Source of the DNA: an uncultured Acidobacteriota bacterium
GTDB lineage: Bacteria; Acidobacteriota; Vicinamibacteria; Vicinamibacterales; CAVVIG01
Direction: 5' to 3'
NCBI GenBank assembly: GCA_963720005.1
Contig: CAVREM010000112.1
Span: 110,386 to 174,385 of the forward strand
Length of the DNA: 64,000 nucleotides
The translations under genes were made by a program, and so were the position numbers. Below, piece after piece: positions 11,763 to 21,119 of this stretch (the first letter of the stretch is position 1; the number at the start of each line of letters is the position of its first letter). Under the pieces are notes generated by a model that had not been told where the DNA came from, ran no database searches, and worked only from the letters and a program-made list of their open reading frames with translations.

Positions 11763-12694
11763 AACAACTGCTCCACTTCCTCGGCCGTCGGCAGGCCGCC
11801 TCGCGCGCCAAGCCGCCGGCAGTTCAACGCAGCAACCGCGTTGGCAAACGACAACACGTCCTCGACCTCGCCCTCGGGAGCCCGAAGGCATCCGGCGGCG
11901 AAGCCTCCACGGAACGCGTCGCCCGCGCCGGTGCTGTCGACGCACGGGACCGGAAACGCCGGAGTCCGGATTTCGCGGCCGCCGCACCTCGCGAGGCTTC
12001 CCTCCTTTCCAAGGGTTACGCACACGAGCGGCGCAGCGAACTCGTCCGCCAGGGCCTCGAGCGCCCGGCCCGTCGACAGGTATCCCGTGTACTCGCCCGG
12101 GAACTGTTCCGCCGCGATAATGGCGTCGATGTGTGCGAGCAGTTCGCCAATATGCGGGCGCACCTTCTCGACATCGACAATCGTCAGCATCCCGGCTTCG
12201 CGTGCGAAGCGCGCCGCCTGCGCCGCCGCCCTGGTCTCGAAGCAGTCGACGATGAGGACCCGTCCCGCGGTGACGGCGTCGCGCGCGACGCGGTCAGGCT
12301 CGATCGTCAGGCCGACGTGCCGGTGCCACAAGACGGTCCGGTCTCCCGTGCTGCCGTCGACCAGCACCACCGCGAACTGATTCGTGGCGCCCTCCACGGT
12401 CATCGACCCGGAAATATCGATGCCGAGGCTGGTCAGGCTCGTCCGCGACAGCTCGCCCAGGTCGTCGTCGCCGAACCGGCCGATGTAGCTGGCCGTCCAG
12501 CCGAGCCGGGCGCAGACGCTGAGAGCCGTCGCCACCTGTCCGCCAGGCAGGCGTTCGAACCGGTCGAGACGCTGCTTGGAGTTCGGCGGCGGGTATTCGG
12601 AAACGACCGCCACCAGATCGATGCTGTTCAAGCCAAGGCCGACGACATCGAACGCGGTGAAGCCGGAAGGTTTCAGTCGAAACGGCAGGCGCAC
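11759..12694 (-). CDS. PfkB-family carbohydrate kinase
   Basis: GGQVATA, VTLGKEG, VDSTGAGDAF. Confidence 0.92.
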   Translation of the reverse strand: MRLPFRLKPSGFTAFDVVGLGLNSIDLVAVVSEYPPPNSKQRLDRFERLPGGQVATALSVCARLGWTASYIGRFGDDDLGELSRTSLTSLGIDISGSMTVEGATNQFAVVLVDGSTGDRTVLWHRHVGLTIEPDRVARDAVTAGRVLIVDCFETRAAAQAARFAREAGMLTIVDVEKVRPHIGELLAHIDAIIAAEQFPGEYTGYLSTGRALEALADEFAAPLVCVTLGKEGSLARCGGREIRTPAFPVPCVDSTGAGDAFRGGFAAGCLRAPEGEVEDVLSFANAVAALNCRRLGARGGLPTAEEVEQLL

Positions 12695-12755
12695 GCCGGA
12701 TGCATGCTAACATTCGGCCGCTCTTCAGCGTTCAAGTTCCATCCTGTCTTATGGT

Positions 12756-14399
12756 GTGAGGTTGAGAGGCCTGCGCGGCGCGCGGTGGACATCAGCATCC
12801 GTCCTGCTGGCGGGCATTCTGGCCCTCGCGGCCGCCGTTCGATTCTGGGGAATCGCGATTCGGACTTCCGCACACGCAGGCACGCCCAGACGAGACGCAG
12901 ATCATCGACGTCACGCTGTACTTCCTCCGGGGCGACTTCAAGCCGCCCTTCTACGACTACCCCTGGTTGTACATGTGGGTGCTGACCGGCCTGTACCTCG
13001 TCTATTACGCGTGGGGAGTCGTGGCGGGGTCGTTCCAGAGTCTCGCCGATCTCGTCGCGAGCTGGCCGGTCAACTGGGAGCCGTTCTTTCTGATCAGCCG
13101 GGGCCTTTCAGCCGCGGCCGGCGTCGGCACGGTGTTCGTCGTGTACCGGCTGGCCCGCACGCTCTGGGATGAGGCGACGGCGCTCGTCGCGGCCTTGTTC
13201 CTTGCGCTGACGTTCATCCACGCGCGCGACTCCCATTTCGGCACGACCGACATCACCATGACGCTCCTGATCGTGATGTCGGTGTCGTTCCTCGCTGAGG
13301 GCGCACCTCACCGGACAGCGCCACCTGTTTGCGCTGGCCGGGCTCGCCGGCGGGCTCGCGACCGCGACGAGGTACAACGGGGCGTTTCTCGCCGCGCCAT
13401 TCGTCGTCAGCCAGGTACTTCACGCCGTCGATTCGCCGGGCCGCCGCGTGGCAGCCCTGCTCGACGCCCGCGCGATCTGGTTTGGCGTCCCGTTCGTCGC
13501 TGGCGCTGGCTCTCGGCGTCCCGTTCGTCGTGGCCGACGCAGGCCGGTTCTGGGCCGCGATGGGCGAGCTGGCGCATTCGATGCAATTCGGCCAGGGCGA
13601 ATTGAACCCCGAGAACGGGTGGCTGCACCACCTCACCCACTCGCTCCGCTACGGCGTCGGCCTGCCGCTGCTGCTGACGGGAATCGCGGGAGCGATTGCG
13701 CTCTCGGTGCGCCAGCCGACCACAGCTGCCTTGCTGTTCGCCTTTCCGGCGGCGTATTTCGCTGTCGCGGGCAGCTTCGGCAACGTGTTCTTCCGCTACA
13801 TGATTCCGATCGTTCCTTTTCTAGTCGTCGGGGCGGCGTGGCTCGTGACGACGGCAGTCCGGCGCGTGACGGCTTCGAAGCCGGCGCTGGCGTTGGCCGC
13901 GACGCTCATCGTGCTGCCGTCTGCGGCGAGCGTGGTGCAATTCGATCGGATTGCCAGCGCGACCGACAATCGCGTGATCGTCGCGGACTGGTTCGCCCGC
14001 CACGTTCCGCCGGGCGATTCGGTCCTCCAGAGCGGCTCGATCTACGGCTATGCTCAGATCGACAACCGTGTGTGGACCGTGTGGACGTGGGATCGCTACC
14101 GCAAGGCGTTCATGGTCCAGGATCACCGCGCCCAGGGCCGGCCGGACTGGATCCTGCTGCAGGAGTCGCCGCTGCCGAGCATGACGCAGGACGTCGTCAC
14201 GGCGTTCCTCAAGGAGGACTATCACGTCGCCGGGCAGTTCACCGCCTACTCACCAGACGACAGCCGCGTCTACGACCGGCAGGACGCGTTCTTCATCCCG
14301 TTCGCGGGATTCTCGGGTGTCACGCGCCCCGGGCCGAACTTCACGCTGTACAAACACACAACTGCCAGCCTGAAAAATGAAGGACGCTCCGGACCCTGA
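12756..14399 (+). CDS. GT-C (ArnT/PMT, GT39-like) membrane glycosyltransferase, frameshifted
   Basis: GLPHTQARPDE...FYDYP in a shifted frame, many TM helices, SHFGTTD, FRYMIP. Confidence 0.75.
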
Positions 14400-16050
14400 G
14401 CGATGCGACGACCCTGAAAGGGTCGCTCTACGATCGCCCGCCGGGTCGACTGCAATCTGGCTGCTGGCGTCGCTGGGATTCTTCGTTGCGCTCGCCGTCG
14501 TGCATACGTGGCCGCTGGCGTCGGCGCCTGGCGTCCTGTCGCGCAATGACAACGGCGATACGGTGCTGCACGAGTGGATCCTCGCGTGGGTCGCGCACCA
14601 GCTCGTCAGCGACCCGCTGCGGTTGTTCGACGCGAACATCTTCTATCCCGAGCGGCACACGCTGGCGTATTCCGACCACCTGATCGTCCAGTCGCTGATG
14701 GGCGCGCCGCTGACGTGGGCGGGCTTCTCGCCGGTGCTCGTTCACAACGTCGTGCTCATCGCCGGGTATGCGCTGACTGGCTGGACGACGGCGCTCGTCG
14801 TGGCCCGCTGGACCGGCAGCCGGGCGGCCGGGTTGCTGAGCGGATCCCTCGTCGCGTTCAGCGCGTTCACGCTGACCCGTCTTACGCAGATCCAGGATCT
14901 CCATTTCGAGTTCTTTCCGCTGGTGCTCCTGGCGCTCGATCGCCTGCTCGTCTACGGACGAGTGCGCGACGCGCTCGCCCTGGCCGGATGGTACGTGCTG
15001 CAATCGCTGACCGGCACCTACCTGATGGTCTTCACCGCAATCTCCATCGTCGCGGCGACGCTCGCGAGGCCGCGCGACTGGCTGGGTGCCCGATTCGCCG
15101 TGGTGGCGCCGAAGGCCGCGCTCGCGGCAGCGGTCGCGGTCGCTGCGCTGACACCCTTCCTGCTGCCCTATCTCGCCGCCAGCCGCGAAGTTGGCCTCAG
15201 CCGGTCGCTCGAAGAGACAGCGAGGTACTCAGCCGAGTTGACCGACTATCTGGCGGCCGCCGGCACTTTTCATTTCGAGGCATGGAGCCGCCGGTTCTGG
15301 CAGGGCAATGGCCTGTTCCCGGGATTGACGGCCTTGATTCTGGCGGCGCTCGCCATCGGGCTGGGGCCCGGCGTCAGAGATCGGCGAATCCGGATGGTGC
15401 TCGCGATGGGCGTGGTGGCGTTCGCGCTTTCGTTCGGGCCGGCGTTCCCGCCTTATCGCTGGCTGTATAACGTGTTCCCACTGCTCACCGGCATCCGCGG
15501 CGCCGCGCGGCTCGGGCAGATTGTCATCGCTGCCGTCGGCATTCTGGCGGGATTCGGTCTGGCGGCGATTCTCGGACGGGCACCCGGCCGGGCTGCCGCA
15601 CCGATCGCCATTGCAGTAATTCTCGCCGCCAACCTCGAAGCGTTCTGCGCCCCGATCAATTACACGGAGTACCGCGGCATCCCGGAGTTCTACGACGCGC
15701 TGCGCCAGGCCGGCGACGATGCCGTGGTCGTGTCGATGCCGTTCTACGCCTCGCCGCAGTTTCACCTGAACGATCGCTTCATGCTCGCGTCGACGCGCTT
15801 CTGGAAGCCGATGCTGAACGGCTATTCCGGGTTCAAGCCCGCGAGCTTCTATAAGAACGTCGAGGCGCTGCGAAGTTTTCCCGACGAAGGATTGATTGCC
15901 CACCTGCGCGCGCTGGGTGTGACGCACGTCGTGGTCGACGGCCGCAACATGGCTCCAGCCGCCCTGGAGCGGCTGGAGCGCTTTCCCGAGCTTCGGACGC
16001 TGACGAGCGACGGCACCTTGCGGCTGTATCTGCTGACACCGGCCAACTGA
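14377..16050 (+). CDS. Polytopic membrane protein, probable GT-C-fold glycosyltransferase (YfhO-like)
   Basis: WILAWVAH...LFDANIFYP...LAYSDH, many TMs, C-terminal MLNGYSGF. Confidence 0.7.
   Translation: MKDAPDPERCDDPERVALRSPAGSTAIWLLASLGFFVALAVVHTWPLASAPGVLSRNDNGDTVLHEWILAWVAHQLVSDPLRLFDANIFYPERHTLAYSDHLIVQSLMGAPLTWAGFSPVLVHNVVLIAGYALTGWTTALVVARWTGSRAAGLLSGSLVAFSAFTLTRLTQIQDLHFEFFPLVLLALDRLLVYGRVRDALALAGWYVLQSLTGTYLMVFTAISIVAATLARPRDWLGARFAVVAPKAALAAAVAVAALTPFLLPYLAASREVGLSRSLEETARYSAELTDYLAAAGTFHFEAWSRRFWQGNGLFPGLTALILAALAIGLGPGVRDRRIRMVLAMGVVAFALSFGPAFPPYRWLYNVFPLLTGIRGAARLGQIVIAAVGILAGFGLAAILGRAPGRAAAPIAIAVILAANLEAFCAPINYTEYRGIPEFYDALRQAGDDAVVVSMPFYASPQFHLNDRFMLASTRFWKPMLNGYSGFKPASFYKNVEALRSFPDEGLIAHLRALGVTHVVVDGRNMAPAALERLERFPELRTLTSDGTLRLYLLTPAN
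14407..14431 (-). repeat. GTAG-type REP
   Basis: Minus strand GTAGAGCGACCCTTTCAGGGTCG. Confidence 0.7.
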
Positions 16051-16082
16051 CTCTCTACGGCTCTAATTCCGCGACTCGACCG

Positions 16083-16111
16083 TTGACCTTCGCCTTTCTT
16101 TTGCGTATAGT
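16083..16111 (+). promoter_or_regulatory. sigma70 promoter of lexA
   Basis: TTGACC-N17-TATAGT; SD AAGGAG upstream of ATG 16132. Confidence 0.8.
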
Positions 16112-16131
16112 GCACGCGAAAGGAGCGACCC

Positions 16132-16740
16132 ATGCTGCCCCTGACCAAACGTCAGCGAGAGATCCTCGATTACCTCAACGAGTTCATCCAACAGCACGGG
16201 TACGCCCCCAGCCTCGAGGAAATTGGCAGGCGCTTCGGGTTGTCTTCGCTGGCCACGGTGCACAAGCACCTCACCAACCTGCAGGAAAAGGGGTTCATCA
16301 AGCGGGCGTGGAACCGGAGCCGGTCGGTCGAGATGGTGCCGACCCGAACCGGCGGCCGGGCGGTGGAGCTCCCGCTGCTCGGGTTCGTGGCCGCCGGCGT
16401 GCCCATCGAGGCGGTCGCCTCCAGCGAGACGATTGCCGTCCCCGAGGACCTGGTGGGCAAGCGCGATACGTACGTGCTTCGCGTCCGCGGCGACTCGATG
16501 ATCGACGAGCAGATTCGGGATGGCGACTTCGTCGTCGTCGAGGACCGGAAGAGCGCCGACAACGGAGAGATGGTGATCGCGCTGCTTCGCGGGACCGACG
16601 TCACGCTGAAGAAGTTCTACCGCGACCCCGGCGGCCGGATCCGCCTCCAGCCCGCCAACGCCGCCATGCAGCCGATCTTCGTCGACCCTGACCAGGTCCA
16701 AATCCAGGGGGTCGTCGTCGGCGTGATGCGGAAGTATTGA
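16132..16740 (+). CDS. lexA: SOS repressor LexA
   Basis: LTKRQREIL wHTH, Ala-Gly site VAAGVP, catalytic GDSM and TLKK. Confidence 0.97.
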   Translation: MLPLTKRQREILDYLNEFIQQHGYAPSLEEIGRRFGLSSLATVHKHLTNLQEKGFIKRAWNRSRSVEMVPTRTGGRAVELPLLGFVAAGVPIEAVASSETIAVPEDLVGKRDTYVLRVRGDSMIDEQIRDGDFVVVEDRKSADNGEMVIALLRGTDVTLKKFYRDPGGRIRLQPANAAMQPIFVDPDQVQIQGVVVGVMRKY

Positions 16741-16746
16741 CGTCGA

Positions 16747-16820
16747 GTAGGGCGGCCCTCTCAGGGCCGCCGCAGAAGCGGGTCTAGCCGCAGAAGGCGG
16801 GTCTAAGAGACCCGCCCTAC
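16747..16820. repeat. Inverted pair of GTAG-REPs (REPIN/BIME-like)
   Basis: GTAGGGCGGCCCTCTCAGGGCCGCC ... GGCGGGTCTAAGAGACCCGCCCTAC. Confidence 0.85.
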
Positions 16821-16869
16821 TACAGAGTCCACCGAGCACCCGGCACCCTCGCGGCATTAGTATGTGGTT

Positions 16870-17208
16870 ATGTCCGATCAACCCCAGCCCCGACAGATCA
16901 ATTTCACCATCGTGCCCGCGGACGACCCGGCCGACGGGCAGACGCCCCGCACGTACTCGAACTTCTGCTCCATCGCGCACACGCCGTTCGACTTCACCCT
17001 CACGTTCTGCGAGGTGATGCCGCTTTCCGACAAGGAGATCAAGGAAGCCGAGTCGGAGCACATCGTCCGGGCGCCGGTCCGCGTCAAGGTGGTCGTGCCC
17101 GTGCAGTTCGTGCCGAACCTGATCAGCGCCCTGCAGGAACACTGGCGGGTCTTCACCGAGTCGTACAACAACGTCGGCTGGAACAAGGGCGCCGGGCCGA
17201 TTCACTGA
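16870..17208 (+). CDS. DUF3467-family protein
   Basis: TYSNFCSIAHTPFDFTLTF...VRVKVVVP...LISALQE. Confidence 0.8.
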   Translation: MSDQPQPRQINFTIVPADDPADGQTPRTYSNFCSIAHTPFDFTLTFCEVMPLSDKEIKEAESEHIVRAPVRVKVVVPVQFVPNLISALQEHWRVFTESYNNVGWNKGAGPIH

Positions 17209-17210
17209 GC

Positions 17211-17982
17211 GTGAAGACCGCATCCGAGACGCGGCGGATCCTCGACGCGCTGGAGAGCCAGCACCCCGACGCCGACACCGAGCTGCACCATCGCAACGCG
17301 TTCGAACTGCTGGTCGCGACGATTCTCTCGGCCCAGTCGACGGACCAGCGGGTGAACATGGTGACGCCCGCGCTGTTCGCCCGGTATCCGGACGCCACGA
17401 ACGCTGGCGAAGGCCACCACCGCGGAGCTCGAGCCGCAAATCCACTCCACTGGCTTCTTTCGCGCCAAGTCGAAGGCGCTCATTGGCATGGCGCAAGCGC
17501 TGGTCGCTCAGCATGGCGGCCAGGTGCCGGCCGACATGCAGAAATTGACCGAGCTGCCGGGCGTCGGCCGCAAGACAGCCAACGTGGTGCTGGGCCATGC
17601 CCTGGGCGTACCCGGGTTGCCGGTCGATCGCCATGTGCTGCGGGTCGCGAACCGCATCGGGATCGCCGAGTCCGACGACCCAGAAGTCGTCGAGGAGCAG
17701 CTCGGCGCTGCGTTGCCGCCGGCACGCTGGACGCGCACGTCCGATACGCTCATCCTGCACGGCCGGCGAGTCTGCCGGCCAAAACCGTTGTGCCCGGAGT
17801 GCGTCGTCCAGGACGCATGCCTGTATTTCCAGACCGGTGCCGCCTCCGAGGATCGGCGGGCGCACCGGAAAGCCGGCGCCCGAAAGGCCGGCGTCCGAAA
17901 GGCCCGCGCCCGCAAGGCGGTGCGCGTCGCACGTGCTGCCGGCAGCCGCCGCCCGCGCAAACCGGCCCGGCGCCGGCGATGA
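17211..17982 (+). CDS. nth: Endonuclease III (frameshift near 17400) with a basic C-terminal tail
   Basis: FELLVATILSAQSTD, HhH LPGVGRKTANVVL, VDRH, 4Fe-4S CRPKPLCPECVVQDAC. Confidence 0.95.
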
Positions 17983-18367
17983 CCCGCCAGGCGTTCGAAC
18001 GGCGCGTTTCCGAGGCGCTCGCCACGATCCCCCGCCGGTTTCGCGACGCGATGTCCAACATCGCCATCGTCGTCGAGGACGAACCGTCGGACGACCTGCT
18101 CGACGACATGGAGGTCGAGACGGGCGATACGCTGTTCGGCCTGTATCAAGGGACGCCGCTCACGGAGCGGGGGTGGGCGTTCGGCAATGCGCTGCCCGAT
18201 CGGATCCTGCTCTTCCAGGGCCCGCACGAACGCGAGGCGGAGGACGAAGACGACCTGATCGTCGTCGATCGGCGAAACGCTCATCCATGAAATCGGCCAC
18301 TACTTTGGGCTGAGCGAGGAGGAGATCGAGGAGATTGAGGAGAAGTACCTGGAGACCAGGCACGTGA
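17979..18367 (+). CDS. Zincin-like metallopeptidase (DUF1025-like), frameshifted
   Basis: IVVEDEP, LFGLYQG, LPDRILLFQ, HEIGHYFG in a shifted frame. Confidence 0.85.
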
Positions 18368-19167
18368 ACGCCCGTAAACGATTCGGGCAGCATTTCTTGG
18401 AAAAGAGCTGGGCGGAAAAGGTCGCCGGCGCGGTCGGGGCGCGTCCGTCTGACGTCATCCTGGAGATCGGGCCGGGCCGGGGCGCGATGACTCACCTCCT
18501 GGCCGCTGCCTCCGCACAGGTCGTCGCCTTCGAGATCGACCGTGATCTTGTTCCGCTGCTGCGCGAAGCCGCCGCTTCGAACGTGACGATCGTCGAGGGC
18601 GACTTTCTGGATGTGACCGCTCAACGGGTCCGCGCGGAGCTCGGCGGCGCCGGCGTTTCACCCGGTGCGTCGGTTCGGGTGGCCGGCAACCTCCCCTACA
18701 ACGTCGCCTCTCCAATCCTGTTCAAACTGTTCGAGCTCATCGATGAGGGGCTGCCCATCACCGACGCCGTGGTCATGCTCCAGCGCGAGGTCGCGGATCG
18801 CCTGACGGCGCCGCCAGGGACGAAGGAGTACGGTGTGTTGAGCGTCCTGATCGGGCATCGAGCAGACGTCCGACGTCTTCTGGCCCTTCCGGCGGGGGCC
18901 TTCCGGCCCCCGCCGAAAGTGCAGTCGGCTGTCGTCAGCCTGCGATTCCATCCGCCCAGCCCGCCGGCCAGGGAGCCGGCGGTCTTCGAAGGTCTGACGA
19001 AGGCGATCTTCACGCGGCGGCGCAAGACGCTGGCGAACGCGCTTCGCGCGTACCGGTCCGAGGGCCTTCCCGCCGCGCTGCGCCGCGCCGGCCTGGATGG
19101 CCGCCGGCGGCCCGAAACCCTCGCCATCCCGGAACTCGTGGCGCTGGCCGACGCGATCGAGTCCTGA
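18364..19167 (+). CDS. rsmA: 16S rRNA m6,2A dimethyltransferase KsgA
   Basis: RKRFGQHFL, LEIGPGRG, AGNLPYN, MLQREVA, FRPPPKV, RRKTL. Confidence 0.96.
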   Translation: MNARKRFGQHFLEKSWAEKVAGAVGARPSDVILEIGPGRGAMTHLLAAASAQVVAFEIDRDLVPLLREAAASNVTIVEGDFLDVTAQRVRAELGGAGVSPGASVRVAGNLPYNVASPILFKLFELIDEGLPITDAVVMLQREVADRLTAPPGTKEYGVLSVLIGHRADVRRLLALPAGAFRPPPKVQSAVVSLRFHPPSPPAREPAVFEGLTKAIFTRRRKTLANALRAYRSEGLPAALRRAGLDGRRRPETLAIPELVALADAIES

Positions 19168-19174
19168 CGGTCGC

Positions 19175-19256
19175 CGTTCGTCGTTCGGGTCGTAGTCAGT
19201 TCGTGCGTCGTTCGAACGGCGAACGGGCGCGAGCCACGCGAAGGACGAACGACCGC
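19175..19256. repeat. Imperfect inverted array of CGTTCG / CGAACG units
   Basis: cgttcgtcgttcg ... cgaacggcgaacg ... cgaaggacgaacgacc. Confidence 0.55.
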
Positions 19257-19273
19257 CCCACACGTGTGAGCTG

Positions 19274-19465
19274 TGCTATAGTTTGGCGGCTATCTGATTG
19301 TCGGGTCCGGCTTTAGCGCGACCCCAGTCAAAACCGTCCATCCTGCCTCGTAGATTTCAGGCACGCCCAGTTGCCTGACAGCCGCCTCCGCGCGGCGCGC
19401 CTGCATCGGTCCGGTCCTGCACGGGACATCACCGGCGCTGGCGGTTTCTGTCTCCACGCGCAGAA
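19274..19465 (+). promoter_or_regulatory. Extended -10 promoter plus a long structured 5' leader of rnj
   Basis: TGcTATAGT at 19274-19282; nested stems over 19285-19386. Confidence 0.55.
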
Positions 19466-21115
19466 ATGCTCGAAGTCGTGCCGCTCGGCGGCCTCGGCGA
19501 GTTCGGAATGAACATGCTGTCGCTCAATTGGGGTGAGACGACCATTGTCGTGGATGCCGGAGTGATGTTTCCGGACCCCGAGCTGCTCGGCGTGGACCGC
19601 ATCATCCCGGACCTCACCTATCTCGAGGAAAAAGGCGGCGCGAGCGCGCTGGTGCTGACCCACGGGCACGAGGATCACATCGGCGGCGTGCCGCACGTGG
19701 CGCCGTTCGTCCATGGCCCGATCTACGGCACGCCGCTCACCCTCGCGCTCGTCGAGCCCAAGCTGCGCGAGCACGGACTTGGCGATGCCCAGCTCGTCCC
19801 CGTGCGGCCGCGCGATCGGATCACGATCGGTCCTTTCACGATCGAATTCATCCGCGTCACGCACAGCATGCCCGACTGCGTGGCGCTGGCCATTCATACG
19901 CCGCTCGGCGTCATCGTCCACACCGGCGACTTCAAGATCGATCAGACGCCCCTCGACGGCGAGCATTTCGACATCCACCGCTTCGCGCAGCTCGGCACCG
20001 AGGGGGTTTTGGCGCTCTTCGCCGACAGCACCAACATCGACCGCCGCGGGTTCACCGGCTCGGAAACCGAAGTGACCGAGGCGTTCGAGGAAATCTTCAC
20101 CAGCGCGGGGGGGCGGTTGATCGTCGCGGCCTTCGCCTCGAGCATCTACCGCATGCAGATCGTCGTCGATCTGGCGGCGCAGTTCGGCCGCAAGGTGGCG
20201 TTCGTCGGTCGCGGCATGATCGAGAACTCGCAGATCGCGCAGCGCCTCGGCTACCTCCACATTCCCGCCGGCGTGCAGATCCGCGACGCCGACGTGATGA
20301 GCTACCCGGCGCAGGACGTCCTGTGCCTCAGCACCGGCTCGCAGGGCGAGCCGATGTCGGCGCTTTCGCGGATTGCCATCGACGACCACCGCTTCGTGAA
20401 AATCGGCCGGGACGACACCGTGGTCCTGTCGGCACGGTCGATCCCCGGCAACGAGAAGGCGATCGGCCGCGTCGTGAACCACGTCGCCCGCCGGGGCGCC
20501 GACGTGATCCACGAGGGCATCAAGCACGTGCACGTCTCGGGGCATGGCAGCGAGGAAGAGCTGAAGCTGATGCTGTCGCTGGTGCGGCCGCGCTATTTCG
20601 TGCCGATCCACGGCGAGTATCGCCAGCTGTCGCAGCATGCGCGGGTGGCCGGGCGCGTCTTCGCCGGCCGCGATCCGCGTCCGGAGATCCTGCTGGCCGA
20701 GAACGGCGACATCATCCAGTTCGATGCCGCCGGGGCGCGGCTGGCCGGCAAGGCACCCGTCGGCCGCGTGCTGATCGATGGGACCCGCACCGGCGAGGTG
20801 GGCGACGAAGTGCTGCGCGACCGGCGTCACCTCGCGGAGGACGGCCTGGTCGTGCCCGTGGTCGCGATCAACAAGCAGACCGGCGCCCTCGAAGGCGTCC
20901 CCGACATCATCACGCGCGGGTTCGTCATGGACGACAGCCCGGAACTGCTCGCCGACGGCGCACGCCTGCTGATCGAGGTGGTCGAACAGGCGAGCGTCGA
21001 GGAGCGGACAGACCAGGGCCTGATCAAGGAAAAGCTGCGCGTCGAGCTGCGGCGCTTCCTCCGCAAGCGATCGGGCCGCCGGCCGTTCGTGCTGCCGGTC
21101 ATTATGGAGATCTGA
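19466..21115 (+). CDS. rnj: Ribonuclease J
   Basis: PLGGLGEFGMN, THGHEDHIGG, HTGDFK, GSQGEPM, HVSGH, PIHGE. Confidence 0.97.
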   Translation: MLEVVPLGGLGEFGMNMLSLNWGETTIVVDAGVMFPDPELLGVDRIIPDLTYLEEKGGASALVLTHGHEDHIGGVPHVAPFVHGPIYGTPLTLALVEPKLREHGLGDAQLVPVRPRDRITIGPFTIEFIRVTHSMPDCVALAIHTPLGVIVHTGDFKIDQTPLDGEHFDIHRFAQLGTEGVLALFADSTNIDRRGFTGSETEVTEAFEEIFTSAGGRLIVAAFASSIYRMQIVVDLAAQFGRKVAFVGRGMIENSQIAQRLGYLHIPAGVQIRDADVMSYPAQDVLCLSTGSQGEPMSALSRIAIDDHRFVKIGRDDTVVLSARSIPGNEKAIGRVVNHVARRGADVIHEGIKHVHVSGHGSEEELKLMLSLVRPRYFVPIHGEYRQLSQHARVAGRVFAGRDPRPEILLAENGDIIQFDAAGARLAGKAPVGRVLIDGTRTGEVGDEVLRDRRHLAEDGLVVPVVAINKQTGALEGVPDIITRGFVMDDSPELLADGARLLIEVVEQASVEERTDQGLIKEKLRVELRRFLRKRSGRRPFVLPVIMEI

Positions 21116-21119
21116 GTTT

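Noticed and set aside
17979-19167. Possible zincin-RsmA fusion (the HEIGH frame runs into rsmA)
   Set aside because: Removing one base near 18349 gives …EEKYWRPGT* with a normal GTGA overlap, so an indel is more likely.
19285-19386. Leader as tRNA, SRP RNA, 6S RNA or a known riboswitch
   Set aside because: No T-loop/anticodon cloverleaf, no SRP GGAA/AGCAG motif and no recognisable aptamer consensus; kept only as an unknown structured leader.
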